The notes: generated by a model from the sequence alone, not told the origin. DNA of 20,000 bases from an uncultured virus (IMG/VR IMGVR_UViG_3300038318_000272) (IMGVR_UViG_3300038318_000272:48843-68842), one strand, 5' to 3'. Counted from the stretch's first letter, positions 5,668-16,300 are shown. A program made the numbers and translations.

Positions 5668-8497
5668 AGGTCGTGCTGTTGATGAGGGGGCTAGTTATGT
5701 TGCCCGCTCTATTGAATCCGAAGAGGATTTAAGGAATGTCGTATCCTCACTCAGGGCGATGGAGGGAACCCTTTACAAATTATCCGACAATCTCAAAATA
5801 GCTGGAGAAGAAAAACGCCAAGATTCCCTGGAAAAGAACATCAAAACCCTTAACGATGGTATAAAGGATTTAACTAACATTGCCAGAACCAGAAAGGGGG
5901 AGAGAATAGACGAAAAGGAAATTCAGAGGTTATTCGGCAAAGCCGTAAGCGGTATGCTGAAAGACCTCCAATCCTCCAGCCCCATAATAGATAAGAAACA
6001 CATTTCTCATGGGTTGGACATCTCCCCTCAAGACATGGATGTTCTGAGAAAGAAATTCCTGAATTTCATCTCGACCACATTCACTTATCTTCCTCACTAT
6101 AAATCATCCAAACCATCTGCTGGATTTGGAGCAGATAATGAGTTGGCTGATGATTATAACAAATTGATGGATGAACTCATCAGTATAAAAGAGAGAGAGG
6201 TAAAACAAGCTGATAAGGCAAAGGCCCTCGAGAAGATTGAATTAGATAAGACTAAAAGGCTTATTAAGGCGAAAACCGAACAGACTGAAGCAATCGAAGA
6301 AGAAACCAAAGAGATAAAGAAAGTCAAAGGGAGACGCAGGAAGCTGGGCAGTGAGCCCCTGACTCCAGAACAGCAATCTGCTAATGAAAGACGGGCAAAA
6401 AATCACGAGGTGGCGGTAGAGAAAGAAAAAGCAAACCAGAGAAGCACATCTATCCAGAATGCCGTAGTGCGTCTGAATATGAATAATATCAAGCGTGCTG
6501 AAGAAGGAGCAGAAGAGATTCTGAGCAACATGAGTCAGAATAAAAAACCCCTCAACAGTTTTATTCATGGGATGCAGAGGGCAATGCTACGGCATGCCAA
6601 TGATGAGGATAAAGAGGAACTGCAAGCTCAATCCCCATATGGTCAGACTATGTTAAAAAGACTAATCCCTGGGATTGTGAAGCTTTCTGGGGCAGGACCG
6701 ACAGACGAAGATTTAGCCAGCCCATATTTGTATAAGAACAGCAAGACTGGAGCTGAAGTCAAACTACCATATTCTTTACAAACAGCAATAGATGTAATCA
6801 ATGGCAAAATCCAAGAGGTGGTCTCTTCAGTAGAGGATGTCGTTGAGAAACAAGAAGATGTTGTAAAAGCCGTTCAAGAAAGCACGACCGTGATGGAGAG
6901 GGTGGTAAGTAAAGATGGTAAATTCGAGAAAGTAGATGGTAATTGGAGAAGGATTCAGAGAGAGGATGGTAAACAACCCCCGACTCTAGCTGAAGCCCAA
7001 GGTGCGATGATGCAAGCCATAGGTGCGATGCTTCAAGCCCCTACTACAAAGGGAGTAGTAGATACTTCTTCTCAATCAATTAACTCGGTTGTTAATTCTC
7101 CTATAACTAAATCTTGGACGACGGGTGGTTTCGTCCGAACCCCTATTACAGACAGAGATAAAGCTCGACCACCTCGGGCCTTCACTACTTCTAACCCCCA
7201 CACCAAAACTCACGGGGGTGGAAGTACCCAAACAACTCCGACCCAAAATCCAATCCCCACATTTCCAAGGGGATACCCATCTCTTTTACCCCCATTTCCA
7301 GCAGGACCTACTCCACCCTCGCCCCCACCCCCTCCATTATGGGATAGATTTAAAACGGGAGTTAAGGACCAATATGGAGCTGTTAAAAAAGGGATGGCTG
7401 ATGCTAAACGAGATAGGTATATCAGGTGGGCATCATCTCAATTTAGTAAGGGTAAATCCATCTCTGGTGGTCCTTCTGCTTTGGCCAGATTCGGTATGTG
7501 GTCGGGAGACCAATTAAACACGGGCGTGAATATAGGCAAGAGTGCAGTCCAGACAGCTACCAACATAGGAGATAAAGCAAAAAGTGGTTCTGTATCTCAA
7601 TCTATTGCTAAGTCATCCAAAATATCCAGTGCGCTATGGAATCTGGGTGGCGGAGATGAATCAGAGGAGAAGGGTGAGGAGAAATCGGGCATGGCTAAAA
7701 TGGCCGTGGGGTTAGGTATAGTCATTGCTATTCTAAAGAAACTCACCGAATCCTCCCCCATCCTCAAAGCAGTATTAGAATTGTTCAACCTAGGTATGAC
7801 CCTATTCTTCATGCCGTTCGGTAATATGCTGGGAGAGGTCCTACTCCCCTTCATGATGCAGTTCATAGACCTCATGGTGAAGTGGAACATCTTCATGTCA
7901 GACCTTCCTGCTAAATTGGGAGAGTGGTTTGCACAAATACCTGAACGGATAAAGAATTGGTGGGATGGGGTCAAGGCTTGGTTCGTTGGGCTAAGGTCTA
8001 TGTTCATAGATTGGATTGTGGGCGGTCTATTATGGTTATGGGATAAACTTAATTTTGCATTAAGTGTCTATAAGAAAATCTTTCTTGACTTGCCAGTTGC
8101 GATTGCACTCAAAATATGGGATTATATGAAACAGATTCCCACGATGATAGCAAATGTAATCAAAGGCGCACTTGGCATGGGTGAGGGAGGGGTAATTGAT
8201 ACTGTAACTGGTACGGTAGGGAACGCCGTATCATCTGTTAAAGGTCTCCTTGGGTTCGCAGAAGGTGGATATGTTCCTGCCAAACCTGGTGGAACACCCA
8301 TTATAGTGGGAGAGGGTGGTAAAGGTGAGTTCATAGTACCCGAAGGCTCCGCAATCAAATCTATAAGTGGAAACACGGGTTCCAGCGGTAGTGTGGTCAA
8401 CATCTCTATCTCAGGGAACGTGTACGGTGTCAATGACTTGGAAAGAGTAATCAAGAACGCCGTAGATGATTCAATGAACAAGGCGAGGTATAGATAA
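5660..8497 (+). CDS. Tape measure protein, 945 aa
   Basis: Follows the chaperone pair. Charged helical N-terminal half, hydrophobic segment with periodic Trp/Phe, and typical C-terminal motifs FAEGGYVP...IIVGEGGKGEFIVP and VVNISISGNVYG. GGAGG RBS upstream. Confidence 0.9.
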   Translation: MGRGRAVDEGASYVARSIESEEDLRNVVSSLRAMEGTLYKLSDNLKIAGEEKRQDSLEKNIKTLNDGIKDLTNIARTRKGERIDEKEIQRLFGKAVSGMLKDLQSSSPIIDKKHISHGLDISPQDMDVLRKKFLNFISTTFTYLPHYKSSKPSAGFGADNELADDYNKLMDELISIKEREVKQADKAKALEKIELDKTKRLIKAKTEQTEAIEEETKEIKKVKGRRRKLGSEPLTPEQQSANERRAKNHEVAVEKEKANQRSTSIQNAVVRLNMNNIKRAEEGAEEILSNMSQNKKPLNSFIHGMQRAMLRHANDEDKEELQAQSPYGQTMLKRLIPGIVKLSGAGPTDEDLASPYLYKNSKTGAEVKLPYSLQTAIDVINGKIQEVVSSVEDVVEKQEDVVKAVQESTTVMERVVSKDGKFEKVDGNWRRIQREDGKQPPTLAEAQGAMMQAIGAMLQAPTTKGVVDTSSQSINSVVNSPITKSWTTGGFVRTPITDRDKARPPRAFTTSNPHTKTHGGGSTQTTPTQNPIPTFPRGYPSLLPPFPAGPTPPSPPPPPLWDRFKTGVKDQYGAVKKGMADAKRDRYIRWASSQFSKGKSISGGPSALARFGMWSGDQLNTGVNIGKSAVQTATNIGDKAKSGSVSQSIAKSSKISSALWNLGGGDESEEKGEEKSGMAKMAVGLGIVIAILKKLTESSPILKAVLELFNLGMTLFFMPFGNMLGEVLLPFMMQFIDLMVKWNIFMSDLPAKLGEWFAQIPERIKNWWDGVKAWFVGLRSMFIDWIVGGLLWLWDKLNFALSVYKKIFLDLPVAIALKIWDYMKQIPTMIANVIKGALGMGEGGVIDTVTGTVGNAVSSVKGLLGFAEGGYVPAKPGGTPIIVGEGGKGEFIVPEGSAIKSISGNTGSSGSVVNISISGNVYGVNDLERVIKNAVDDSMNKARYR

Positions 8498-9054
8498 TGA
8501 CTGTAACATCACTTAAACACGCAGATAAATATTCTATATGGATTTCTACGGGTCCTGCATCCTCTTCTAATTCATTCGTCTATGTAGGCAGTGAGGCTTC
8601 AATCTCCTATGGTGTGAACTACGGGGGGACTGTAATGGGCATACTCGGAAAGAGGCCGAGTGGCGCAATCTACATGGACGGAACAGGCGGTGCAGTAGGT
8701 AACATCAAGATAAGTGGAGCAAAAAGGGCGAACCCCAAGACCACATCAACATTAGATGATGGAGAAACCGTCGCTCAATCAGACTTAATCGGAAAGGGTG
8801 TTGTTTCCAATAAGAAATTCATAGAGACAATGGAGGATTTGATATCGGCAACACAGATGTTTCAAAACGCATACATCATCAGGTTATACGGCCTTTCCAA
8901 AACAGAGGAGAGGACAGACAAAAAGGGCTATAGGGAATTGTATTTCTTCATAACATCATGTAATACCTCTATAGATTTTTCAAGACCCAATGAGCTAAGC
9001 GTAGACTTATCAGGATACATCAGGAACAAAGAGCCTAAATTCGGAGGGAGATAA
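8497..9054 (+). CDS. Distal tail (Dit-like)/tail-tip tube-fold protein, paralogue 1
   Basis: 185 aa directly after the tape measure gene with TAATG coupling. Beta-rich, and shows collinear similarity to the next ORF. Confidence 0.55.
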   Translation: MTVTSLKHADKYSIWISTGPASSSNSFVYVGSEASISYGVNYGGTVMGILGKRPSGAIYMDGTGGAVGNIKISGAKRANPKTTSTLDDGETVAQSDLIGKGVVSNKKFIETMEDLISATQMFQNAYIIRLYGLSKTEERTDKKGYRELYFFITSCNTSIDFSRPNELSVDLSGYIRNKEPKFGGR

Positions 9055-9590
9055 TGGGGAGATACGATTTCTATCTGGGTCCGTCCGACCGCACATATTC
9101 TCTTTGGAAACTGAATAACATCCTGTCTATAGATATGGAGTTCTCCAAGAAGAGCACACCGTTCGGAGTGCCTACATATCCCGCAAGGTCTGCAATGATG
9201 TTCGATATGGAAGGTCCTGTGAGGAAAATCTCTATCAAAGGAATCAGGAACGAGCAGACGGAAGCCGTATCGAATTGGGATTTCATATTCACCAAGAACA
9301 ATCTCATCCCAGGGGATTTCTCTCTCATGGGAAGGCCAAAAAAGAACCCGATATACATGGGATTGGAATGGGCAACATCTGTTATGCAGATAACATATCC
9401 TTTCACATTAATCATAGATTACGTTCCCGATACATCAGTATCCGACCCAGACGTTAATCTGGATGATAATGCTTATATACAAGGAGAATATTGTGTATCT
9501 GTGTCAAATCTTTCTTTCAAATTCGACCCGAAGGACATAGGTTTACTTTCCTATCAGATTGATTTAATTGAGAGGAGGCCGTGGAAATGA
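9054..9590 (+). CDS. Distal tail (Dit-like)/tail-tip tube-fold protein, paralogue 2
   Basis: 178 aa with TAATG coupling. MFDMEGPVRKISIKG and LLSYQIDLIE motifs resemble Dit/tube-initiator proteins. Confidence 0.58.
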   Translation: MGRYDFYLGPSDRTYSLWKLNNILSIDMEFSKKSTPFGVPTYPARSAMMFDMEGPVRKISIKGIRNEQTEAVSNWDFIFTKNNLIPGDFSLMGRPKKNPIYMGLEWATSVMQITYPFTLIIDYVPDTSVSDPDVNLDDNAYIQGEYCVSVSNLSFKFDPKDIGLLSYQIDLIERRPWK

Positions 9591-12500
9591 GTCTGATTAA
9601 AATCACATATTACAAATTCAGAAAGGATGTTATGGCGGGGGTGGAATCCCATGAGGATTTCTACGATTCAGAGGAATTATATTTGATTCCGCCTGCGATA
9701 TTCGATACGGAAGCCTATGAGGTGGATTACTATTATACGTGGGTGAATGGGGCGATAGGAGAGATATTCTATCCAGGCACTCTGATTCAACCACCCGAAT
9801 CCCCAAACCCCCCGATATTTAATGCAGACACGGAACTCTATACAGCATGGAAGGACGGAACGAGGGGGAATCTGGTTCTGGTCTACGATGATATTTCAAT
9901 AGACATCTCTGATTTGTTATTGGGTGCAGGCGTGGCATACGGAAAGAATCAACCGTTCCCTTATGGAGAGGTATCCATTTCTAAACAGATGTTCAATTCA
10001 GATGATTATTGGGCATCGAGGGCGGAGATGAGTGCTTATCAAGGAGAATCCCCTCCGATAACGAACAAGCCAATCCTCATCCAAGGCTCTACCAGAATAA
10101 AGATAGGGGTGTACGGAATAGAGGGGGAATGGGAATTCCAGAAGACCAAGGATGACGGGCAGAAATACTCTCTCGTATGCGTACATCCTGCTCACAGGCT
10201 TAAGGATTTGAAATTAGATACGTTATTCGAGGTAAAGGACTATAACGAGGGTGGGCCGTCTGTCAAGTTCCCTAATATATTCGGAGATGCCCCATTCGCT
10301 CTGAATCCAAATTCATCTATTACGGGCCCACCCAAAATATGGGAGATTACTAATTTCATGGGGTCGAATGTAACTGTGTATGTAGAGGTCGGTGTACCCA
10401 CATCCCCCACCGTAAGCAGGATAGAGGGTACTCACGCCAACATATTCAAACTATTGGTTCATTTAGGATTAGGAATAGATTACAGCGATATGATGGTGGA
10501 TGCAGGCACCACATACATCTCTCAAGGATACACATTCAATACCACATACACCTCAACAGAGATGGACGCTTTAAAAGCAAACAAATCACCTGTGAGTTCT
10601 AACTCTCAATTAGCGACCACGTCCCTGCGTGCTCAAGGCAATGCATGGGAAGCATTACTCTCTCTGGGTTATATGGTCAATGCCGATATATTCTTCTACG
10701 ACAAAGCGTATTTCGTAGATTATCAATCCCCCGACACAGTAGTAGATAAACTGCATCTGAATTACGGGAATGAAGCGGTAGACGGATGGGTTACGGAAGA
10801 GGTAATCAATATCGTTAAGAATAAGGACCAAGGCTCTCAGGCGATTCAGACCGCTCAAACCGTGCATTCTGAGAACTATTCAACCTCTATTTCCGTGAGC
10901 GGGGGTGCGAATACTATCATAGAAGGAGCGGATGTGAAGTGCCTCATACCTGACTACATCCCAACCTTTGACGTACCCTCATCTAAGGACAATAAGATTT
11001 ATCAGGTAAAGACTATCGCTCTTAATCTATTATTGAAGAACTATCTGCCTGGAGATGTTATCTCCTACAGCACATCAGAGATAAGACGTGCTGATGTTCA
11101 ATACCCTGAAGATTTTAATATTCAATCAGTTACTGATAAAGCAGTAGGTACGATTGCACAGGTCGGTACGGGATATTTCTCAGATTACTACATCTATGTT
11201 CAGAATCCCGATGAGAGCAAGGTATGGATAGAGTATAAGTTCAACGTAACTCCTCAGAGAAAAGAGAAATATTCGATTTATTCCTTTGCGAATGAGATAC
11301 ACGATGCACAGAACAACCTGGATTTAGTTGACACAAAATTAGCGTTGACGCACATCTCTTATCCTTCGTGCATCACTACTTACGTCTGGGGTAATCCTGA
11401 GTTCCTAGATGCGGAACAGGCAATGACTGATGTGGAGATGGGGGTGGCGGATGCTACTATATCGGGAACGGATGATACGCAGATATCAGATAAATACTCT
11501 GCGATGATGGTGTACGGAAATCTGGGCGTGAGTGAATTACCTGAAGACAGGGACGGATTCACTGGGATGATATTGGAGAAGAATTGGGATAAGGAATTGT
11601 ATCGGTTTGTCGGATATGAAGATGGTAAAGAGCAGGCAATGTTCGATACAGATGGAAGGATAACGGCTGGTGGCGGAGATGTTACTCTCGATGAAGATGG
11701 GCTGACAATCCATTACGATTCCACGTCTGAAGAATTCACATCAAAAAACGCTTTAAAATTCAAAAGGACAACGGATGGAATAGACACCTTCAGGTTGTTT
11801 GTAACTCGGTTTTATGACAACATTGCAGGGTTGGGGTTAGCTGGTAATATAACATGCCCCCCAGTGGGTGATGCGTATTCTGAAATTAGACTTTTTAACA
11901 GAAAATATATATTGGAAGGTCTTGGAGGGTATAAATTCCTTGAAAAGGCTCTTGTTTCCACAAACTCACTCCCTGGTACAAAGGGTGCAGTATGTGTCGT
12001 TTATGATGAAAATGGAGCATTTCAAAGTACCCATTCTTTTAATGGTGACACTGCCTTTTCTGGGATGTACTCTTCTGAGGGACAACTCTTTTCCCCCCAC
12101 GATACTATCGGAGGAAGCCATTGGGCCATATATACCTTTGGATTAACTAGCTCAGCCGTTGCCCCTCTGGGGGGCGAAAGGCCGTGGTTAATTGAATTTG
12201 ATATCCGAAATAATGGGTCCGTCGGATTAGAGGTGTTTATAAGTTATTTTCCATATGCAGTGGGTGGTGCAGATTCAGAAGAATACACAACCCCTTCTCA
12301 ATTCGTTTCTTCTGGGGAAAGAAAAACAATGACATTTGAATTGGATAGGATGCCCCACGATGGTCTCACCGAATTATCAATCTGTGTGAAAGGCTATAAC
12401 ACATATGGAGGCACCAGATATATGCCGTCGATTTACATATATAACTTGAAAAGAAGAACTTACGACTCTCTTAATCTCCCCTCTACTGCAGGAGGGGCAG

Positions 12501-12883
12501 ATTTAAGAGTATCTGAAGGGAAGATTACGATTAATGGATATTTAGATGGGGCGTTTCGTTTAGGTGGGGGTGCGGTTTCTTCTTTTAAAGATTATTTCAA
12601 AACAATAAATCTTTACAACAAATCCTCAGCAACATATTCAGCAAACACCTGGTATAAGAACGACGCAATTCACCCCCTCTTTATTATGAGAAGTAGGGCA
12701 AGTCAATGGGGAAGCGTATATATTGCAAGACTTCCTGGCGTAGATGCAGAACTAATATCTGGCCATAGTGATATATACAATGGAGATGGTCGACACTCAA
12801 TTTCGATAATCGTTCCGCCCCAGTGGTATTTTAGATTCACAGAGAATTATTCATCTGGTATGAAATTTCATTTGGGGTTGTGA
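9587..12883 (+). CDS. Tail hub/tip (central fibre) protein with C-terminal receptor-binding-like domains, about 1098 aa
   Basis: ATG 9587 is preferred (ATGA overlap, GGAGG at 9574-9578). Position after Dit-like genes. Hub-like NAWEALLSLGYMVNADIFFY, spike-like FDTDGRITAGGGDVTLDEDGLTI, and fibre-tip-like end NTWYKND...SISIIVPPQWYFRF. Confidence 0.68.
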   Translation: MSLIKITYYKFRKDVMAGVESHEDFYDSEELYLIPPAIFDTEAYEVDYYYTWVNGAIGEIFYPGTLIQPPESPNPPIFNADTELYTAWKDGTRGNLVLVYDDISIDISDLLLGAGVAYGKNQPFPYGEVSISKQMFNSDDYWASRAEMSAYQGESPPITNKPILIQGSTRIKIGVYGIEGEWEFQKTKDDGQKYSLVCVHPAHRLKDLKLDTLFEVKDYNEGGPSVKFPNIFGDAPFALNPNSSITGPPKIWEITNFMGSNVTVYVEVGVPTSPTVSRIEGTHANIFKLLVHLGLGIDYSDMMVDAGTTYISQGYTFNTTYTSTEMDALKANKSPVSSNSQLATTSLRAQGNAWEALLSLGYMVNADIFFYDKAYFVDYQSPDTVVDKLHLNYGNEAVDGWVTEEVINIVKNKDQGSQAIQTAQTVHSENYSTSISVSGGANTIIEGADVKCLIPDYIPTFDVPSSKDNKIYQVKTIALNLLLKNYLPGDVISYSTSEIRRADVQYPEDFNIQSVTDKAVGTIAQVGTGYFSDYYIYVQNPDESKVWIEYKFNVTPQRKEKYSIYSFANEIHDAQNNLDLVDTKLALTHISYPSCITTYVWGNPEFLDAEQAMTDVEMGVADATISGTDDTQISDKYSAMMVYGNLGVSELPEDRDGFTGMILEKNWDKELYRFVGYEDGKEQAMFDTDGRITAGGGDVTLDEDGLTIHYDSTSEEFTSKNALKFKRTTDGIDTFRLFVTRFYDNIAGLGLAGNITCPPVGDAYSEIRLFNRKYILEGLGGYKFLEKALVSTNSLPGTKGAVCVVYDENGAFQSTHSFNGDTAFSGMYSSEGQLFSPHDTIGGSHWAIYTFGLTSSAVAPLGGERPWLIEFDIRNNGSVGLEVFISYFPYAVGGADSEEYTTPSQFVSSGERKTMTFELDRMPHDGLTELSICVKGYNTYGGTRYMPSIYIYNLKRRTYDSLNLPSTAGGADLRVSEGKITINGYLDGAFRLGGGAVSSFKDYFKTINLYNKSSATYSANTWYKNDAIHPLFIMRSRASQWGSVYIARLPGVDAELISGHSDIYNGDGRHSISIIVPPQWYFRFTENYSSGMKFHLGL

Positions 12884-12887
12884 TAAT

Positions 12888-13277
12888 ATGATTTATTTCG
12901 ACATAAACAAGACAGCATACGGGTTTGAAATACCAGACCCATTAGCAACGATAGATGAAGAGACTTGGAGAACCTATAGCGATTCATTGTTGGGCACAGA
13001 TTATGATATACTTGATGGAGTTTTCACAACATTTACTTCAAAGGAAGATTTGGAAAAAAGGAGTTTAGATTCAGTACGAGAGTCTGAACGTAAGGCTAGA
13101 TACGTAGAAGCAGAAAACCACATTGCAAAACATGATGATTTTATTTTCTTGGGAGTGGATATGGGTTCACACACTCAACAAAAAACAATGTGGATGCAAT
13201 ACAAGATGGCAGTAAGAGAAACGGTCAACCAACCCAACTATCCCTATGAAGTAGAATATCCTGAGCAACCACATTGA
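12888..13277 (+). CDS. Tail fibre assembly chaperone (Tfa/XkdW-like)
   Basis: C-terminal WMQYKMAVRETVNQPNYPYEVEYPEQP matches the WxxYRxALRDxxxQxxFPxxVxWPxxP signature of phage fibre chaperones. Follows a fibre-tip-like domain. Confidence 0.8.
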   Translation: MIYFDINKTAYGFEIPDPLATIDEETWRTYSDSLLGTDYDILDGVFTTFTSKEDLEKRSLDSVRESERKARYVEAENHIAKHDDFIFLGVDMGSHTQQKTMWMQYKMAVRETVNQPNYPYEVEYPEQPH

Positions 13278-13286
13278 CCTTTGAGA

Positions 13287-13298
13287 TTTATTATATAT
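13287..13298 (+). promoter_or_regulatory. TATA-box promoter of the long fibre gene (near-leaderless)
   Basis: TTTATTATATAT in a 49-nt intergenic gap. TTATATAT ends about 28 nt before ATG 13327. No clear SD sequence. Confidence 0.6.
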
Positions 13299-13326
13299 CA
13301 CGCAATACATCCCAACCTGAGTAATC

Positions 13327-16300
13327 ATGCACATCAGAAAGACTTATATAGGTAGCGATACACGCAGACTTCTCCCTGAAAAAGTAGAGTTCGCAGGAGT
13401 GTCAGGAGACAACGAGACTGCTACGCTCATATTCGAGTTCCCTGAGACCTATGCAGATTATGATAAGTATATAGAGTGGAACATTGAGATTCCTTTCCCT
13501 GATTCTAAAAAGACCTTTAAACCCCTCTATCCCCTCACAGATGATTCGTTCGTAATCCCTCGCAGACTGACCAAGGTCTGCAACGGATTGGATGTTGATT
13601 TCAATCTGGTATTCGTCAAGGATAACACACTCATTGAAAAATCACTGCAATCTACAGTGCATTTTGCAACTTCGGCGAACGGAGATGCGATAGATGATGA
13701 AACAGATGAGACATCGCCTCTCTATATGTTAATCGCTAATGCACACATAAAGGCAGAATATTCAGAGAATGACGTATCGTACAGACCTCAAATCACATTC
13801 ACAGCCCTAGACGGCTCAACACAGACCTTAACTCTTAACATGCCTTATCTGAACGATGCAGGCAAGATTCCCGACTATTTCCTAGACAAGGTATTCGTAG
13901 TAGAGATATTCTCTATTGCCTCAGTCAATGACCTAATATCCCTCACGGAGGCACGTAAGTCGGATTGGGCAATCACGCCCGAACAAGACCTATATCTGCT
14001 CACGGGCGAGGACTACAGCATCAGTTCCAATTGGCTGAAAGTCTATTCTCACGACCCGACCTACAACTCAATCACCATAAGCAACAAATCTACTACGGGC
14101 TCTTTAGAAGTATTAGGCAATACTAGATTAATCGGGGATTTAGACGTAGATAGTAACTTAAACGTATCCCAAGATGTCTCAGTAACAGGAAGTGTCACCA
14201 CGGGCACGCTAGAGGCCCTACAGGACGTTCTGATAGGAGGCAATGCGGAAGTAGGCGGAGACCTCTTAGTGAACGGGAGCATCAACACAGTTATAGATGT
14301 TCACGCAAGCAATGATTTATCTTCTGCAAGAGATACGACCGTCGGAAGGGATTTGAGAGTGGATGGGAACGCCTCGGTTGGCGGAGATTTGTTGGTGGAA
14401 GGTAGCATTAACACTGTTATCAACGTCAACGCACAGAATGATTTGACCTCGGTGAGAGACATCAAATCTGGCAGGAATCTCGAAGTAGAGGGCACAACCC
14501 TGCTCAAAGGAGATGTAACGGCATTATCGAGAGTAAATATTACAGGAGATGTGCTGATTGGCGGTAACACCGAGATAAAAGGAGATTTAGACGTAGACGG
14601 TAGCATAGATACAGTTATTAACGTCAATGCGCAGACAGACCTTACAGCAGGACAAGACCTCAAAGCAACAAGGAATCTGGAGATAGGCGGAACGTCTACC
14701 TTGAAAGGAGATGTGCTTGTCGAGGCTGATTTACAGGCAGGTGGAGGTATAAATACTTCCCTCAGTGGGAATTCTCCCGTTGTTACTGATGCAAATGGGA
14801 AATTGACTGTTGCAAATATCTCAGTATCGGACTTAGAGAATTTAACGGGGATTGAGGGGAACGTTCAACTACAGATTGATACGAAAGAAGATAAAATCAA
14901 CAAAGTTAATAGTTGGGCTGGAACCCCAAGTGATGTTTCTTATCCCTCTGAGAAATTAGTTAAGTCCTCTCTGGATACAAAGGTTGATAAGAACACAGCA
15001 ATAACCTCCGATACCAAATGTAAAGTAACCTATGATGCAAAAGGATTGGTTACAGGTGGTGCGGATTTAGCAGACACGGATGTTCCACCTCTCTCCACAT
15101 CCAAGATTGTCGGACTTGATACAACTCTGTCGGGGATTAATACCACATTGGGGACAAAGGTTGATAAGAATGATACAATTGTGGGAGCCACCAAAGCCAA
15201 GATAACCTACGATTCCAAGGGGTTGGTTACCGCTGGAGCAGATTTGGTTGCATCCGACATCCCTAACCTCAATGCAAGTAAGATTAACGCAGGCACTCTG
15301 GGTGTCGACAGGATACCTAACATTTCTGCCAACAAAATCACATCCGATACTTTAACCGATGCAAGAATTCCCTCAAACATAGAAAGAAATACAAATAAGA
15401 TTCAAGACATCCAAAGTACAATAGGATATACTGGTTCTGATACAGATTACCCCTCCGTTCACGCAGTACAGAAATATACATCAGGAGTTTCAACCCCCAT
15501 ATTAGAGGCAATCTCTGACCTGCAAGATGATAAGGCAGATGATGATAAAGTTGTTCATAAAGCTGGAAATGAAACAATAGCTGGCATTAAGACCTTCTCA
15601 GATAACGTAGAGATAGGCACTACTCTTGTACCTAAACAGCTCTCGATTAAAGGCAACCTGCTGATAGACGGCAATATCACACAGAATGGTAGCTCGTATG
15701 AAACTCATGCACAGCAGGTTTACACCACTGATGATAAGATTATAATGCGTGATGGTGCGACTGCTGGATTGATTGCAGGAGACACATCTGGTCTGACATT
15801 CAAGAAATACGATGGAACGAATGATGGAGAACTGTCCGTGGATTCGTCTGGTACTGCAAGGGTTGGAGATGTAGGAGATTTACAGCCACTTGCCACCAGG
15901 GATGAAATTGGGTTGATGTCGGACGATACACCCGTAGTCTGGGATGCTGACAACCTCAAATTGGTAACCAGGCAACTGACCAAGGGCGACGTAGGGCTTG
16001 ACAATGTTTCTAATCTAGCACCTGCCGACTTAGGGATATCTACGGCAACACAGACTGCGTTGGATAACACCGTGAAGAAGACGGGTAATGAGGAAATCGC
16101 AGGAATAAAGACATTTACAACGGGTATATATCAAAAATCCACCCAGGATATAGGTGTTGCTGGCTATAACTCCCGTATTATTAATAGACTATATGATGTT
16201 AATAACGAGTTATTATTTAATGACCAAATAACAAAAGAATCAAATATAGGGACGGGCAGAAAGGTCCTATTGGGTAATAAAGATACAAGTGGTACATATT

